Positions 24,390 through 38,200 of a stretch of 64,000 bases of DNA are shown here, in pieces. A program made the translations under genes and the position numbers. The notes below the pieces were generated by a model that saw nothing but the letters and a program-made list of their open reading frames with translations, did not search any database and was not told the DNA's origin. Position 1 is the first letter of the stretch; every line of letters starts with the position of its first letter. The stretch spans positions 125,120,471-125,184,470 of the forward strand of contig JARFYF010000052.1 of NCBI GenBank assembly GCA_030265395.1, read 5' to 3'. Source of the stretch: Rhina ancylostomus (lineage: Eukaryota).

Positions 24390-25450
24390 TCTACAAAAAA
24401 AACAAAATATTGGTAATGTTCAACAGGTCAAGGAATATCTGCAGAGATAGAAACAGAGGTAACATTTCAGGTCAATGACTCTTCACTAAGAATTGGAAAA
24501 ATTTAGTTAGGCAGAGTGAAGAAAACAGGGAGTGAAGGTTATGGGGTGGAGACAAAGGTCATCCAGGACATAATGTTTTCACAGGTGAAGGAGCGTAGTG
24601 ATGGGAAGGTGAATAAGGATCAGAGAGAGACAGACAGACAGACAGACAGAGAAAACATACTGGAACTCTGAAAATGCTGGAAATACTCAGCACATCAGGT
24701 GGCATCTGTGAGAGAGAAAAACTGAGTTAATGTTAAACGTGGATGACCTGACATCAGAACTGGCTATTTGAAATTATTCATTTCAATACGGAGTCCCAAG
24801 GACTGCAATGTGCTGAGAGGGAAGATGAGGTGCTGTTCCTTACATTTATATTGGGTTTTATTAGAACTATGTAGGAAGGCAAAGCCAGAGAGGGTCACAA
24901 TGGTTATAGGATGGAGAACTAAAGTGGAGACTGGAAGTTCAAGGTTGTCCTTGAGGGCTGAGCAGAGGATTCTCCGAAGAGGACTCCAAATCGGCATTTG
25001 GTTCGTCTCTATATTGGAAAAACATTCTGGGTAGCAGCTTTGCAGAGTGCCTCTCTCTAGTTCCCAAGGGCTTTTATCTGAAACAATTAACTCTGTGTCT
25101 CTATCCACAGAGACTGCCTGCAGCAACAAACAATCTGCTGGAGGAACTCAGCGGGTCCAGCAGCATCTGTGAAGGGAAAGGAATTGCCGACATTTCGGGT
25201 CGAGGCNNNNNNNNNNNNNNNNNNNNNNNNNNNNNNNNNNNNNNNNNNNNNNNNNNNNNNNNNNNNNNNCTGCCTGACCTGCTGAGTTGCCCCAGCAGAT
25301 TGTTTGTTGCTCCAGGTTCCAGTATCTGCAGTCTCTTGTGTCTCCACAGATGCTGCCTGACCTGCTGCACATCCCCAATATTTTATTATTTTCTCCCAAA
25401 TTTCTAATAGATTTTCTTTTTGCTTTTCAAATTTCTGCAACATTTTTCTT
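24390..25450 (-). mobile_element. Penelope-like element remnant with terminal hairpin repeats and a nested hairpin insertion
   Basis: Minus ORF 24764-25129 ends KCKEQHLIFPLSTLQSLGLRIEMNNFK, resembling the Penelope GIY-YIG C-terminus (EQHLIF.LGTLQP.GLN); flanked by gaaaatgctggaaatactcagca repeats. Confidence 0.75.
24626..24650 (+). repeat. (GACA)n microsatellite
   Basis: gagacagacagacagacagacaga. Confidence 0.85.
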
Positions 25451-25469
25451 TTAGGAGCTTTCCTCGCCT

Positions 25470-25814
25470 CTTCTGACCCCCGCTACAGCGGCTCATTGCT
25501 TGCTTGTGTTCGATGGAAACACTTCTGGGGGTTTTGTACCATGTTAAAGGCGCTATATAAATGCAAGCTGCCGTTGTTGGGTTCGGTATGTGTCAGGATC
25601 ATACCCACAACTGCGATCTCAGAAAGGGTGTCGCCGAATCTTTCGGCTGGCACCGTTGCCGGGACCCTGCACTCTCTCGCTTGCGTCTGCCGTACAAGGT
25701 GCACGTCCAGCACCTGAAGCCCGCCCCGAGTCCGCATGCAAGCGGTTTAACCACTGCCAAACGTTACAACAATCTCCATGGTTACCTCAGCGTCGTTGTT
25801 ACACTGCAGGGAAG
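25470..25814 (+). promoter_or_regulatory. LRRC27 CpG-island-like promoter and probable non-coding exon 1
   Basis: CpG-dense; GC box ccgccc at 25721-25726; X-box-like ATCTCCATGGTTAC at 25772-25785; donor AAG|gtgaga after 25814; next acceptor tttgcag| before 26060. Confidence 0.65.
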
Positions 25815-26100
25815 GTGAGAAAACTTCCCAGCATCGCTGCTGGAAAGATTAGAAGTCTACCCTCCCCACACCTTTAACTGAACTTAAAGTATCATTTAAT
25901 ACTGGCCCCTAGGACACTTCATTCCCTTTTATGCCACTAGCCTTGGAATGGGGATTGCTTTCATTAGTTCTTCAGTGATTTTTGCTCCGGTTCCTGCGTG
26001 TCTCAGACTGAGACAACCCTGCATAGCACGGCTCCAGGGCTGCCCGTGCTGGTTTGCAGGTCGCTTTGGTACCGCTGCTGTGCGGTGGCTTTAACTCCTC

Positions 26101-26280
26101 ATGGAATTCGGTTCGAAGCCCCCCGACTCCTTGGAGAGGTGCAAGCCCTGCACCCCGACTTCGGACGACGGGGAAGGCGACAGTGGAAGGCGGTCTGATG
26201 TCTGGTGCAGCGACAAGTCACTGAATCTTTGCAAGAACAACTTAACTTCTCTGAATTGTGAAATGCCAAGATGTATCGAG
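26101..26280 (+). CDS. LRRC27: LRRC27 first coding exon
   Basis: MEFGSKPP...KSLNLCKNNLTSLNCEMPRCIE (first LRR), donor GAG|gtaagt, phase 0. Confidence 0.85.
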
Positions 26281-29200
26281 GTAAGTCGGCCCTTGTTTTC
26301 TTAGTCCTGTTGCCTCTGTTTTTTTCATATTTGCTTAACCTGGTTCAGAAGAATTTCAAATGGAAATCGACCTATTTCCTATAATTTTTTTTGAAAGGAT
26401 CAGTGCTTGGATTTTTATAGATTGACAGCAGTTCCCAATTCATTATTGCATTTTGTTTTAACGTCTGGCCACTTCAAAGACCTCTTCCCATCAATTCAAA
26501 AGTCGAGTTTATTGTCATGTGCACAAGTACCGTGAGGTACAGGTACAATGGAAACACTTGCTTGCGTCAGCATCACAGGCACCTGGGTTGAGACAACACA
26601 CAGCATATAAACTATGCATAAATTATGCAGAACAACGAAGAGAAAATAAAAGACTGTGTAATACAAAACATTAGTGCAAAAAAAGAGACAAGTCCATAGT
26701 CATGCAAGAGGTGGTCCGAGTGTTCTGTTGCTGAGGTAGAATCCAACATGCATTTGAGATGGGGAGATGTGTGGGGAAAGTTTTTGTTTTGCACAGAGTG
26801 GTAGGTGTCTGGAATGGGCTGCCTGGGAGACTGGTGGAAGCAGATACCATAGTGGTGTTTAAAAGGCTGTTAGACACACGAATATGCAAGAAGTGGAGGG
26901 ATATGGATCATGTACAGGCAGAAGAGACTTAGTTTAATTTGGCCNNNNNNNNNNNNNNNNNNNNNNNNNNNNNNNNNNNNNGTGTAGACATTGTGGGATG
27001 AACCACCTGTTCCTGTACTGTTCTGTGTTAACCTACAGACTCACTGCACCATTTTCAGCAGACCAGCAAAGTAGTCTCTGCTAAAGATTCTCTGTGCACT
27101 GCATTGACCCACAAGCCCCAGTGTTAACTCTGCTGGCACCTGGCCCTTTGAGACTCGAACTACACAGAGCAATCTGCCAGGTAAACAGGGTTTTCTGCAA
27201 TTTGGGTTCCAAAAGGCAACCTGAAGCCCAGGAAGGCCGAGCGATAGAAGGTGAAATTCAATGAAAATCCCATGCTGTTCTCCCTTCTCCTGGAGATAAT
27301 AAATGTAAAACATATTCCGAATCTCCTAATTTAATCAAAATCATCATCTGCATCTGGGAAAAATGAGAAGTGTGGTGGCCCAACAGGTAGTGCTGTTGCC
27401 TCACAGCTCGTGAGGAGGGTTTAGAACATAGAACACTACAGCACAGTTCAGGCACTTCTGCCCACAATGTTGTGCCAACATTTTATCCTGCTNNNNNNNN
27501 NNNNNNNNNNNNNNNNNNNNNNNNNNNNNNNNNNNNNNNNNNNNNNNNNNNNNNNNNNNNNNNNNNNNNNNNNNNNNNNNNNNNNNNNNNNNNNNNNNNN
27601 NNNNNNNNNNNNNNNNNNNNNNNNNNNNNNNNNNNNNNNNNNNNNNNNNNNNNNNNNNNNNNNNNNNNNNNNNNNNNNNNNNNNNNNNNNNNNNNNNNNN
27701 NNNNNNNNNNNNNNNNNNNNNNNNNNNNNNNNNNNNNNNNNNNNNNNNNNNNNNNNNNNNNNNNNNNNNNNNNNNNNNNNNNNNNNNNNNNNNNNNNNNN
27801 NNNNNNNNNNNNNNNNNNNNNNNNNNNNNNNNNNNNNNNNNNNNNNNNNNNNNNNNNNNNNNNNNNNNNNNNNNNNNNNNNNNNNNNNNNNNNNNNNNNN
27901 NNNNNNNNNNNNNNNNNNNNNNNNNNNNNNNNNNNNNNNNNNNNNNNNNNNNNNNNNNNNNNNNNNNNNNNNNNNNNNNNNNNNNNNNNNNNNNNNNNNN
28001 NNNNNNNNNNNNNNNNNNNNNNNNNNNNNNNNNNNNNNNNNNNNNNNNNNNNNNNNNNNNNNNNNNNNNNNNNNNNNNNNNNNNNNNNNNNNNNNNNNNN
28101 NNNNNNNNNNNNNNNNNNNNNNNNNNNNNNNNNNNNNNNNNNNNNNNGAGTTGACAGGTATGTGAGAGAGAACAAGTTCCAAAGCTGCAGGGGAAAAAGG
28201 AGAGTGGAATATGACTAATGGAAGTGCTCTATTAGAATCTGGCATGGACTTATGGACGATTGACCTCCTGTGTGGTAATAAATAAATAAATAATAATGCC
28301 GACAGCCTCTGCAGCAGATTACTCATGGAGCAGAATTGGGTTTGAAGCTGCTCGAGTATAAATCCTGTGTAAGTGCCTAAAAAGAATTTGTTTAAGGGGT
28401 GGACAGTCAACCTCAATTTCTCTAACATCGTCCATCTAATATTCAATTCCACACACAACCTTTGACTTTGCTCTTGCAACCTATTTAAGATTTGTGTTTC
28501 CCGTTTTATAATCAACAGGAATATTATTCCATTTGCTGTATAATCTTTCCTTTTTTTACAATTAATTCATAATTCGTGCTTGAAGATATGAAGCTCCAAA
28601 GTGGGAAACAACAGTAAACGTGCACACTGGATTGCAGTTGTCTTTACCTGTCCTACCTAAGCACTCAATTTTAATATGAAGGTACAATGTAATATAAACA
28701 ACCAAAGCAGACAGACAGCCTTTTCTAGCATAAGCAAAATTTTAAATGTTTGCAAAAATTAGCTTGTTGTTTTTGATGAATGTATTTGTTAGGAAATAGA
28801 TGCTTACATTTTTCATCTAAGCATGTTATAATTTAAGTAGATTATATACAGTACTTATAAATAAGAGTAATCTATACCTCACAAAATTCAAAATGCCACA
28901 AAACTTAGCCTCACTGGCTTGAAACAGAATTTACAAAGTACTGGGAGGATAATTTGTTTTTGCTTGTAACATTTTTATTACTAGAACAACCTGAGACTAA
29001 AGGTATGGCTCTGATCCTGTGTCTTCCTCTGCTTCAGATATGTGTCCAAATTCTCTTAGAGAATGCAGTGGTCTCAGATCATCTGCTCCCTGGGACATTG
29101 CCCATGGCCACAACTTCCTACTAAATTCTCTCCTTTTCAGTGATAATATTAAAGAGAGTCCCTTGTTATTGAATTCATAATCAAAGGAAATGCACATGTG

Positions 29201-32200
29201 CAGAGATTTGCCCAAATTGTGTTTTATAATATCTGACTAAGACAGGCCACAGAAATGCAGACAAATAAATAATACAATAAGTTAAACTCGTAGGGTTTAA
29301 GAATGAATTGGGGTGATCTCATCTGAACTACCTATTTTCTACACAGGATTTTCCATTCCCCTTGCATTCTTTGGAATGCAGTTTGGATTTTGCCAGAGGA
29401 GAAAGGTTGCAAAATCAAGTCCACATTCCACAAGTTAGTATTGGGGCATAGTGGGGTTAGAAGTGGGGGAATATTATTTACAGGCAAACTTTTAAAATCC
29501 ATAATTTGAGATATAGTTAGTGATCATTCAGAAGTACAAGGCTTAATCTAGAACAACCAATGTTAAGGCAATTAGCTTTTCAGACATCATTGAATTTCTT
29601 CTTTGATTTGATGCCATTTGTATTTGTGTTTTAACTGGGCAGCAGTATTCAGCAAGAAACGGGTACGGTCTCCTTTGCCTTATTCCTTCAATAGGACTTA
29701 TTAAATCTTCAGACCACGTTAGCTACACCATGATACCATTACAGCTGGTCACTTAATGGCATAATTTCCATGCTTGATCAGCAAACATCTCATGTAATCT
29801 CTTTAGAATGAGCTGATATATTTGCATTAGAAATTTTGCAAGCCCAGGCCTGACCTGCGGCCTGAAATGCCCTCCTATCCAACCTAACTCAGGTAATTTG
29901 CTACAGATTGAGAGGGAACTGTTTCTATATACGTAATTTAGCAACTCACTGGCATATGTTGTTGAACAGTCAAAGGAGCTTCCATTCAATATTTTACATT
30001 GTGAATATAATTTGTGCCAAATATGTTTAGTCTGAAATTGGATACGTATTGGTGTACTGTGTGATAGTAGTATAGGAAGTTATTTCTGCATTGAACAACT
30101 TTTTTTTCTAATTTACTTTATTGAAGTTAGATCACGTTATCTTTACTTACCAATATTTGTGTATTACATTTCTGTTTAATGGAAAAGGAAATTGGGGATG
30201 AGCATAATTAAAGGCCATCATTAGAAGATAGATACCAAGATATCTATGAGGGAATTCAGAAAAAAATCCTTTACTCAAAATGTGGTGAGGATATAAAACT
30301 TTCTAGCTCAGCCAATGGCTGAAACGATTAATATAGACATATTTAAGGGGAAGCTGGACAAGAATATGTGAGAGAAAGGAACAATACTTGTAGACATGAG
30401 AGGCCCAGGAGAAGGGCTGAGTACATATAAATGCTAGCTTGTTCTGCTTGGGCTCAACAGCCTGGTTCTGTGCCCTACACCTCATTTAATCTACAGAGAG
30501 TTGTGGACACAGCTCAACACATAATGAAAACCAGCCTCCTTCCATGGATTTTTTCTACACTTTTTGCTGCCTTGGTAAAACAGCCAATGTAATCAAAGAC
30601 CTCCCTCCCACCCCAGACATTCTCTCTTCTACCCCCTCCCATTGGGCAGAAGATACAAAAGCCTGAAAGCAAAAACCACCAGGCTCAANNNNNNNNNNNN
30701 NNNNNNNNNNNNNNNNNNNNNNNNNNNNNNNNNNNNNNNNNNNNNNNNNNNNNNNNNNNNNNNNNNNNNNNNNNNCTCATCATGGCCTTGCACCTCATTG
30801 TCTGCCTTCACTGCAACTGTAAATATAACACTTCATTCTGCATTGTGTTATTGCTTTTCCCTTGTCCTAGCTCAATGTACTGATGTGATGAAATGATCTG
30901 TGCGGTTGGCATGCAGAACGAAGCTTTTCACTGCACCTCAGTACACATGACAATAATAAATCAACTGGCAATTTTTATTTAATTCTATGTAAGTGACAGG
31001 CAATTTAGTTGTGATCACCCAAATTCATTCTTAATCCCTATCAGTTTAACTTATTGTATTATTTATTTGCCTGTATTTCTGGGGCCTGTTTTACAAAGAC
31101 AAATATTATCAAATACAATGTTTGTTTATTTTGGGCAAATCTGTGCACATGTGGATCAGTCATTGTCATTGAGTAATGCAGCATGGAATCAGGCCCTTCG
31201 GCCCAACCCACTCATGCCGACCAAGGTGCCCACCTAAGCGAGTCCCATTTGCCTGAGTTTGGCCCATATCCCTCTAAACCTTTCCTATTCATAAACTTAT
31301 CCAAATGCCTCTTAAATGTCATTATTGTACCTGCCTCAACTACTTGCTCTGGCAGCTCGTTCCATATACTCTCCACTCTGCATGAAGAAGTTACCCCTCA
31401 GGTCCCTTTTAAATTTTTCCCCTCTCATCTTACACCTATGTCCTCTAGTTTGTGGTTCCCTTTCCCTGGGAGAAAGACTGTAACCATTCACCCTTTTTAT
31501 GCCCTTCATGATTTTATATAGCTCTATAACATCACCCCTCAGTCTCCAGTGCTCCAAGGAATAAAGTCCTAGCCTGCCCAACCTCTCCCCATAACTCAGG
31601 CCCTCGAGTCCTGGCAACATTCTCATAAATCTCATTAAAGTAATGAACTCCTAGTATGAATACCTTCTTCTCTTCTGCAGCATCTGTATCTGGAGGGCAA
31701 CTTCCTTCAAGAGCTACCAGAGGAACTGTTTGATCACCTGCCACACCTTGTGTGGTTGGACTTAAGAAAGAACAGACTCCAGAATATACCTTCTGGAATT
31801 GGAAATCACAGGTATGGAATGAGATTCCTCTGGATTGGATAGGAGGGCATTAGAGCTGATTCCATCATTGACCTCTGGGGCTGATCACTGTTTCACTGAA
31901 CTGCTTCTGAAACTGCAGTGCTTCTCTAAATAGAATATTTATTTTCATTCCTCGTCAATAGTCATTGATGAATAATGATCTCTGCAAATCAGTGGACCAT
32001 GAAAAGCATAACAGTAAGCTCATGTCTTTGGGACTAAGGGGTGCAAAAATATATTTTAAAAAATCTTTTTTTTTTAAAGAGCAACCATCTCCACTTCCAA
32101 TCATCATTCAAGACACCATTCATTCCCATAAAAGCCAGGAGCCTACCTTGCTGACATAAATGCAAATAAAGAGCACCCAGCTCTCAGCACCAATGCTAGC

Positions 32201-35200
32201 TGCCAGTCCTGTCCCAGATGCCAGGGAAGAAATCATTTGAATGGTGGGAAAGGGTTGATCTGTATTATTTGCCTTAAGTTATAAGGGAATGCCATAGGGT
32301 CAATGGTGGCGTTGGGTGCATCTAGTTAAAGCCCAAAGAAACTTTTTGTTTAAATTTTAAATTTTATTTACAGCATGGTAACAGGCCCTTCCTGCCCAAC
32401 GAGTCCACGTTGCCCATTTTAAATCCCAAATTAACCCACCCGTACGTCTTTTTAGAAATGTGGGAGGAAACCCACACAGACATGGGAGAACATACAAACT
32501 CCTTACAGACAGTGACGGGATTCGAACCCGATCGCTGGCACTGTAATAGCATCATACTAACTGCTACGCTACCGTGCCACCCAATTTTAGATCTTCTGAC
32601 TTTGAACCAACAGTCTGTTTCATTAGTTTTGAAGTTTTTTATAATCCACTATAGAACATATACCTGACAGCGTGGGAGAGACTAAAGGCATGAAAGTGAG
32701 ATTTCCTGGAAAATCTAAGAAATACATTGAGGATTTGTTTCTGTATTGCAAGTTTACCTGATACGGCTGTGGACAAATTTTCATTTGTTGTCCAGACTGC
32801 AGAATTTTCTGGTCATGAGGAACATTTTGCTCCATACAGCTGAGAAGGAGGCCATCAGGCCTATCATGTTGTGCTATCTCTTCGAATAAACCAGCATTTA
32901 GATTCAGTCCCCTGCTACTTCCTCCTTCCTACAGATTGTTTTGTTACGTGTATGCACAATTCCCTTTTGAAAGTTACTATTGAACCTACTTTCAACATTT
33001 TGCCAGACATTCAAAACTATTATATTTTTAATTACTTAAATAAAGGCATCAAACTTGTATTCAGAATGTGAATAGCAAAAGAAATATATTATTGTAGTAA
33101 TAGAGAAAATGCCTGAAGGCCAGGTAACATCAATGCAGAGTGAAACAGAGTTAACTTTCAGGTTGATGCCATCCCAGCAGATTGTAGTGCTTGTCGCTTT
33201 ATATGATATTGCTTCTTATATTGCAGCAGTATAGGTCATGCATTCAATTAGATAGCATAGCTTGGGCTAAGATGGACGTTTGGTTCCAGACTTCCTAATT
33301 CCAGGGTTAAAATCATGGGATTGTTTCAGGATGAATGTGTTTTTAATGAATTGCTTTGACTCTACCAGTTATTCTCTTGGTCATGAATCAGAAGGGTATT
33401 ATTGCAAACCCCTCTCTGAGACTATAACTTGCAGAATAAATTGATGCTTCATCATTTTACAGAGGGAATAAGAGCAATATTATAAGAGTTATCGCCACCA
33501 TGTTGTTTAACCTCATAATTTCAGGGATTTTTAAATTGATAACCAGGACTGTTTGGGAAGGTAATGATGTAAGCTAGAAACCTTTACAGTTTCTTTTTTT
33601 GCAGTTATCTGTATTTGGTGTTACTGTTATACTCAGAACAAAAATAACAAAAGAAATACATAATTGTAAAAAAACAGAAAGTGCAGTTAAGCAATAGAAT
33701 CAACTTTATATCTAATGTGGTTAATGGCAGTAAAGGATTATTTTTCAGATGTCTTAGAACACTGTTGTTGGAGACAAATCCACTCAGGGAGTTACCTGTT
33801 GAACTAGGTAGGTATTATTGCATTGTAGTTAAAATTAAACCTGTAATTTAATATGTTGCTTCCATTTAGTGGAAAATGCATATTTTTTGTCAGACTATGC
33901 TAGTTCAGTTTAGTGACTGTATAAGCAAAACTATTTTGTAAGGATAGAATCTGTGGTATTAAATTTTGTTTTCACATCACAGTTCCTGCCATAATAAATT
34001 AATACTGCTTTTTGTTTTTAGGAAATGTACCATCTCTTAAAGCACTTAATCTGAGGAACTGCCCACTTCAGTTTCCACCTTCGGATGTAGTAAATTTAGG
34101 CACACAAATTATTCTTTCCTTTCTTCGGGAGCATGCCACTAAATCTCTTCCTCAAACTCCAAATCAAGAAGCAGGTAGGATTTGAAAATATGACTATTTT
34201 GAATTTTCAAAACTTAAGTAGCCATTCTGAGAAGAATAACTTTTTGTATGCAAAGTGAATCACAGTTCTTCACATGTCAAGACTTATGTTAACACAAATT
34301 ACATAGGATGATCCTGTTATTAAATATCAATCGATCCTTCTGCTCAGCAAACTATTTAGTCCCATTTAAATTCTGGAGTGAAAGCCATTAAATTTTCATT
34401 TATAAGAATACCTTACTGAAAAGATGTGGGACTATAGGTAAGCAATGTTTGCAAACTAAAGCATGCAACAATTCAATATCAAAAGAAATCAACAAGAATT
34501 GATAGTTATCTATAGGATGTTAAAAATATCTAACAGTAAATTGAAAACACCAATTTACTGTCAGTGGATTTATTGTTAAATAACTTTAAAAGTACCCTAA
34601 TTTCCAGTTAAAACCTGCATTTTGTAACCAACTGTTGGGATGCAATGTCTCTCTTGACACCCTGTGGTTTATCTTACCTACTCTGTTTGCAAAATTATTT
34701 ATCACATGTTAAATATGTAGTTTGTGTGAATTTACGTAAAAATAATTTATACAAGAGAAGGAAATGTTATTATAATGAATGCTTTGCCAGAGAGGAAAAC
34801 AATATACTTGCTTTGAAAAGTTTCATATAAGTATTAGCAAGTTCCCAATGGCCTAAATGAAGGGTCTTGACCTGAAAATGTCAACTGTCCATTTCCCTCT
34901 ATAGATGCTGCCTGGCCCACTGAGTTCCTTCACCGTTTTGTGTCAACCTAAAGCATAGCATGTCTCAGCCTGTCACAAGACATAAACTTGCAATTAATAT
35001 TTGTCCATGGTCTGTCTTATATTCAACTACCAAACTTAATTTTAATAAAAGATACATAGTGTTTCTAAGTTTGACCTAATACATAGAGAAATGAATTGTA
35101 CTTTCCAGTGTAGCAGATTCCATTTTTACAATCTGAATGCAAAAAGCCCAAAATTTATGGTCCCAACTCATGAAGTTACTGGGCTAGGATTGCAAGTTAA

Positions 35201-38200
35201 TACCAATGTCCGATTTTGCCAGATAACAATAACAATGCTAAATGTGTCAGAGCATCCATACAAGGATTTGTGGGAGAGGGAGAGAGAGGATTTCTTTCAA
35301 AAAGATGTTCAAAAATGCTTTTGACAGAAGCAATGCAAAACACTTAACCGCTTGTGATTATTGTTCTATTATCATCCATTTCGGGCATTTGCTGAAGCTG
35401 AATTTCACCTTATTTATGCCAACTGTCTAAAATCAGTCAGGCCTACTTAGCAGACTTTTATAATTAGTTAATGTCAGAATTTGTTTTGTTTGAATTTTCA
35501 TTTTTTTTGTCAGAAGGGAGTTGTCTTACAAATCCCTGCAGACTATCACCACAAAAGATAAAAATTCTAGCCATAAAGAACACTCATTCATTGTTTTTAA
35601 TTACAGGAGTGTAAACTTTTGGTAACAGTGTACAACTTTATTGTTTGTACTAGTTTCTTACTTATATTCTCCAGGTCCGAATCGTACCATTAAAAAAGCA
35701 AATCGGCACCATAACACAATAAAGACGCAAAATTCACTGGAGGTTCATTCTGATAATCAGAGTGGGGCTGAGCTCCCAAGAGCTACAGAATCATTAATAT
35801 CAGTCCAAGGTCAAACACTTCATTACAAGTTCATTCATAACCCTGTGCTCTGCAGCAGCGTAAAAATCAGAAAAAATATTTTTCAAAGGTATGCAATGTT
35901 TCATTGTACAAATTAGCAATTATTGTAACCACAAATGCAATCTGAATGGGAGATAAGATCAAAAGAAAAATTGATCATTTTTAACAGTTCTAAAAGAGGG
36001 TCTCCAACTTGAAATGTTAACTCTGTTTCTCTCACCAGACACTATCTGACCTGCTGAGTGTTTCCAGCATTTTTCGTTTTTATTTCAGATGTCCAGCATC
36101 AGCAGTTTTTTGATTTTCATTGATCCTTTTTGTAATCAGTTCAATGTAAGTCATTGTTTAAATTGATTTCCTAAGTTGTAGAAACTCGCTAGTTTACATT
36201 TTGTATCCATGTTCTGCATTGTTGCTGACTTTAAATCTGAGAGCTCCCTGCCCAACAGGATGGAATAATGTGGTTCAAGAAGGCAGCTCAGCACCTTCAC
36301 AATAGCAATTAGAGATGGATAATTAATACTATTATGGGCAATATCTTCTGTCCTTGCCAGCAATAAGTAAATCTGGCAAACCACTTCAATGAATAATAGA
36401 CTTTCAGGATCTACAACCTCATGTGTTTCTGCAAAGTCTAACATTCCTCTAATGGTTACATTAAACAGTTCTTGATGTCTACCCATTTGTATAACCCAAT
36501 ATTTTTACTATAAGAAGGTCCTTCAATCAACTGGAGTACAAAATATCATTATTGTTCCGATTTCTTAACTGGATATGATAGTTGGAAAATGAAACATCAT
36601 TAGAAAATGCTGGAAGACCTCAATAGATAAAGCAGCATATAAATGCCATTGATTTGTGTTTCTCAGAGAAACAAGCCACCAAATCACTTTAGAGTTAGTC
36701 AGTTCTATCAATATCTTGAGGTTGGTATTGTAACCTGCAGGTCAATGAAATTAGTGCAGTACCTAACCTAATTTCCTTCTGTGAGGGAAGCCTGTCAGGC
36801 TTATTAGCCTTGATCTCATAAGCAGGCACCTGGTGCTCTCTCTTCCAGACTTCACTACCCCATTCCCCCACTACCATTCTTCCACCCTTGCAGGTGTCAA
36901 CAGTGCATCCTCCTGTGCGAGTGGTTGTCCAAGATACGCTGAGCCTGATACCCCAGCAAATTCCAGAATGGAGATCCATTTATTGGTGGGAGGAAAGGGG
37001 GGTGGAGCGGGTGTACTTCAGTTTCTCGGGTTTTTTTTTTGCTTCTTGATATTGTTTTCTTTTCTAACTGGCTTACAACTGCATGGACACAAGCATCATA
37101 CTGTCCTGAGCTGTGCTGATGCCTTGTGCATCATGACAGCAGACAGCTAACCATCTGAATGCTCTGCAGTCTTCAGGAAATCAAATCAGAAAATAAAATC
37201 ACAGATCATATTTTTCCAAATGCTTTCTCAAGATATGCAAAGTGATTGCATTGCTTTTGGTAAGGTAGCAGAGCATGCGACCCTGGTGAGGATTTGCTTG
37301 TGAAACTCCAAACTTGGTGTTTAAATTTGCTTTCTATTCAGGTAATCAAATATTTGATTTAGAAGTACACATCTTCCCCAGTTAGCAAACATCCACTTAA
37401 CAAATTTTATCTACAATGATGGGCTTTATTTAATTTGTTCACTTAATGAAGATTGCACTTACTGCAATGAAGGACAGAGACACATCTGGAGCCTATCCTT
37501 AAAACACATCCATGAAAACCAATAACATTTAACAGGTTCTTTTTGGTCAGGTTATTGGGTAGAAGTCTTTGAAGTAAATAAGCTATTTTATTAGGGAAAA
37601 AGTTCTCGAGTATCTGCACTGTTCCATCTGACAACAGTTGCCATTGGATGAAGGACTTACAAGTTTCAGCCTGTAGGTTCAGCTTGTCAAAACGAGGGTA
37701 ACTTACTTTTGATTTACCACATCTTTCCCAGAAGGAGATTCACTAGCTTCTGACTTTTCTTACCAACCACAGCAACTAGAATCCCCCATGAAAGTAAGAA
37801 TTAATGTGCCTTCCACCCTACGAATTTTCATATAAGAAAGGGTTCACTAGGAGCTTAACAACTTTGTTAACTGGAGGAGACCTGTTTTGATGGTATAGAA
37901 TAAAGGCTGATTCAGATTTAAGGAAATTCTCAATTATTATATAATGTGGATAAAAATGAGGCTATCCACTTTGGGGGGCAAAAACAGGAAAGCAGATTAT
38001 CTGAATGGCATGAGATTGGAAAAGTGGGAGTTGCAGCAGTTTTTGTGCACCCCCGTCAATGNNNNNNNNNNNNNNNNNNNNGCAGGTACAGCAGGAGTTT
38101 AAGAAGTCCCTTTGTCCCACCAAGTCCAGACCAACCATTAAACAGCCATTTGTGCTAATCCATTTTATTCTCCTCTAATTCCTCTCAATTTGCCCCCCAA

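Noticed and set aside
27448-28515. Long ORFs of 230-355 aa here and at 52034-53050
   Set aside because: Artefacts of N runs translated as X.
32500-32580. tRNA-like A and B boxes
   Set aside because: This is a SINE head, with no cloverleaf or anticodon arm; not a tRNA gene.
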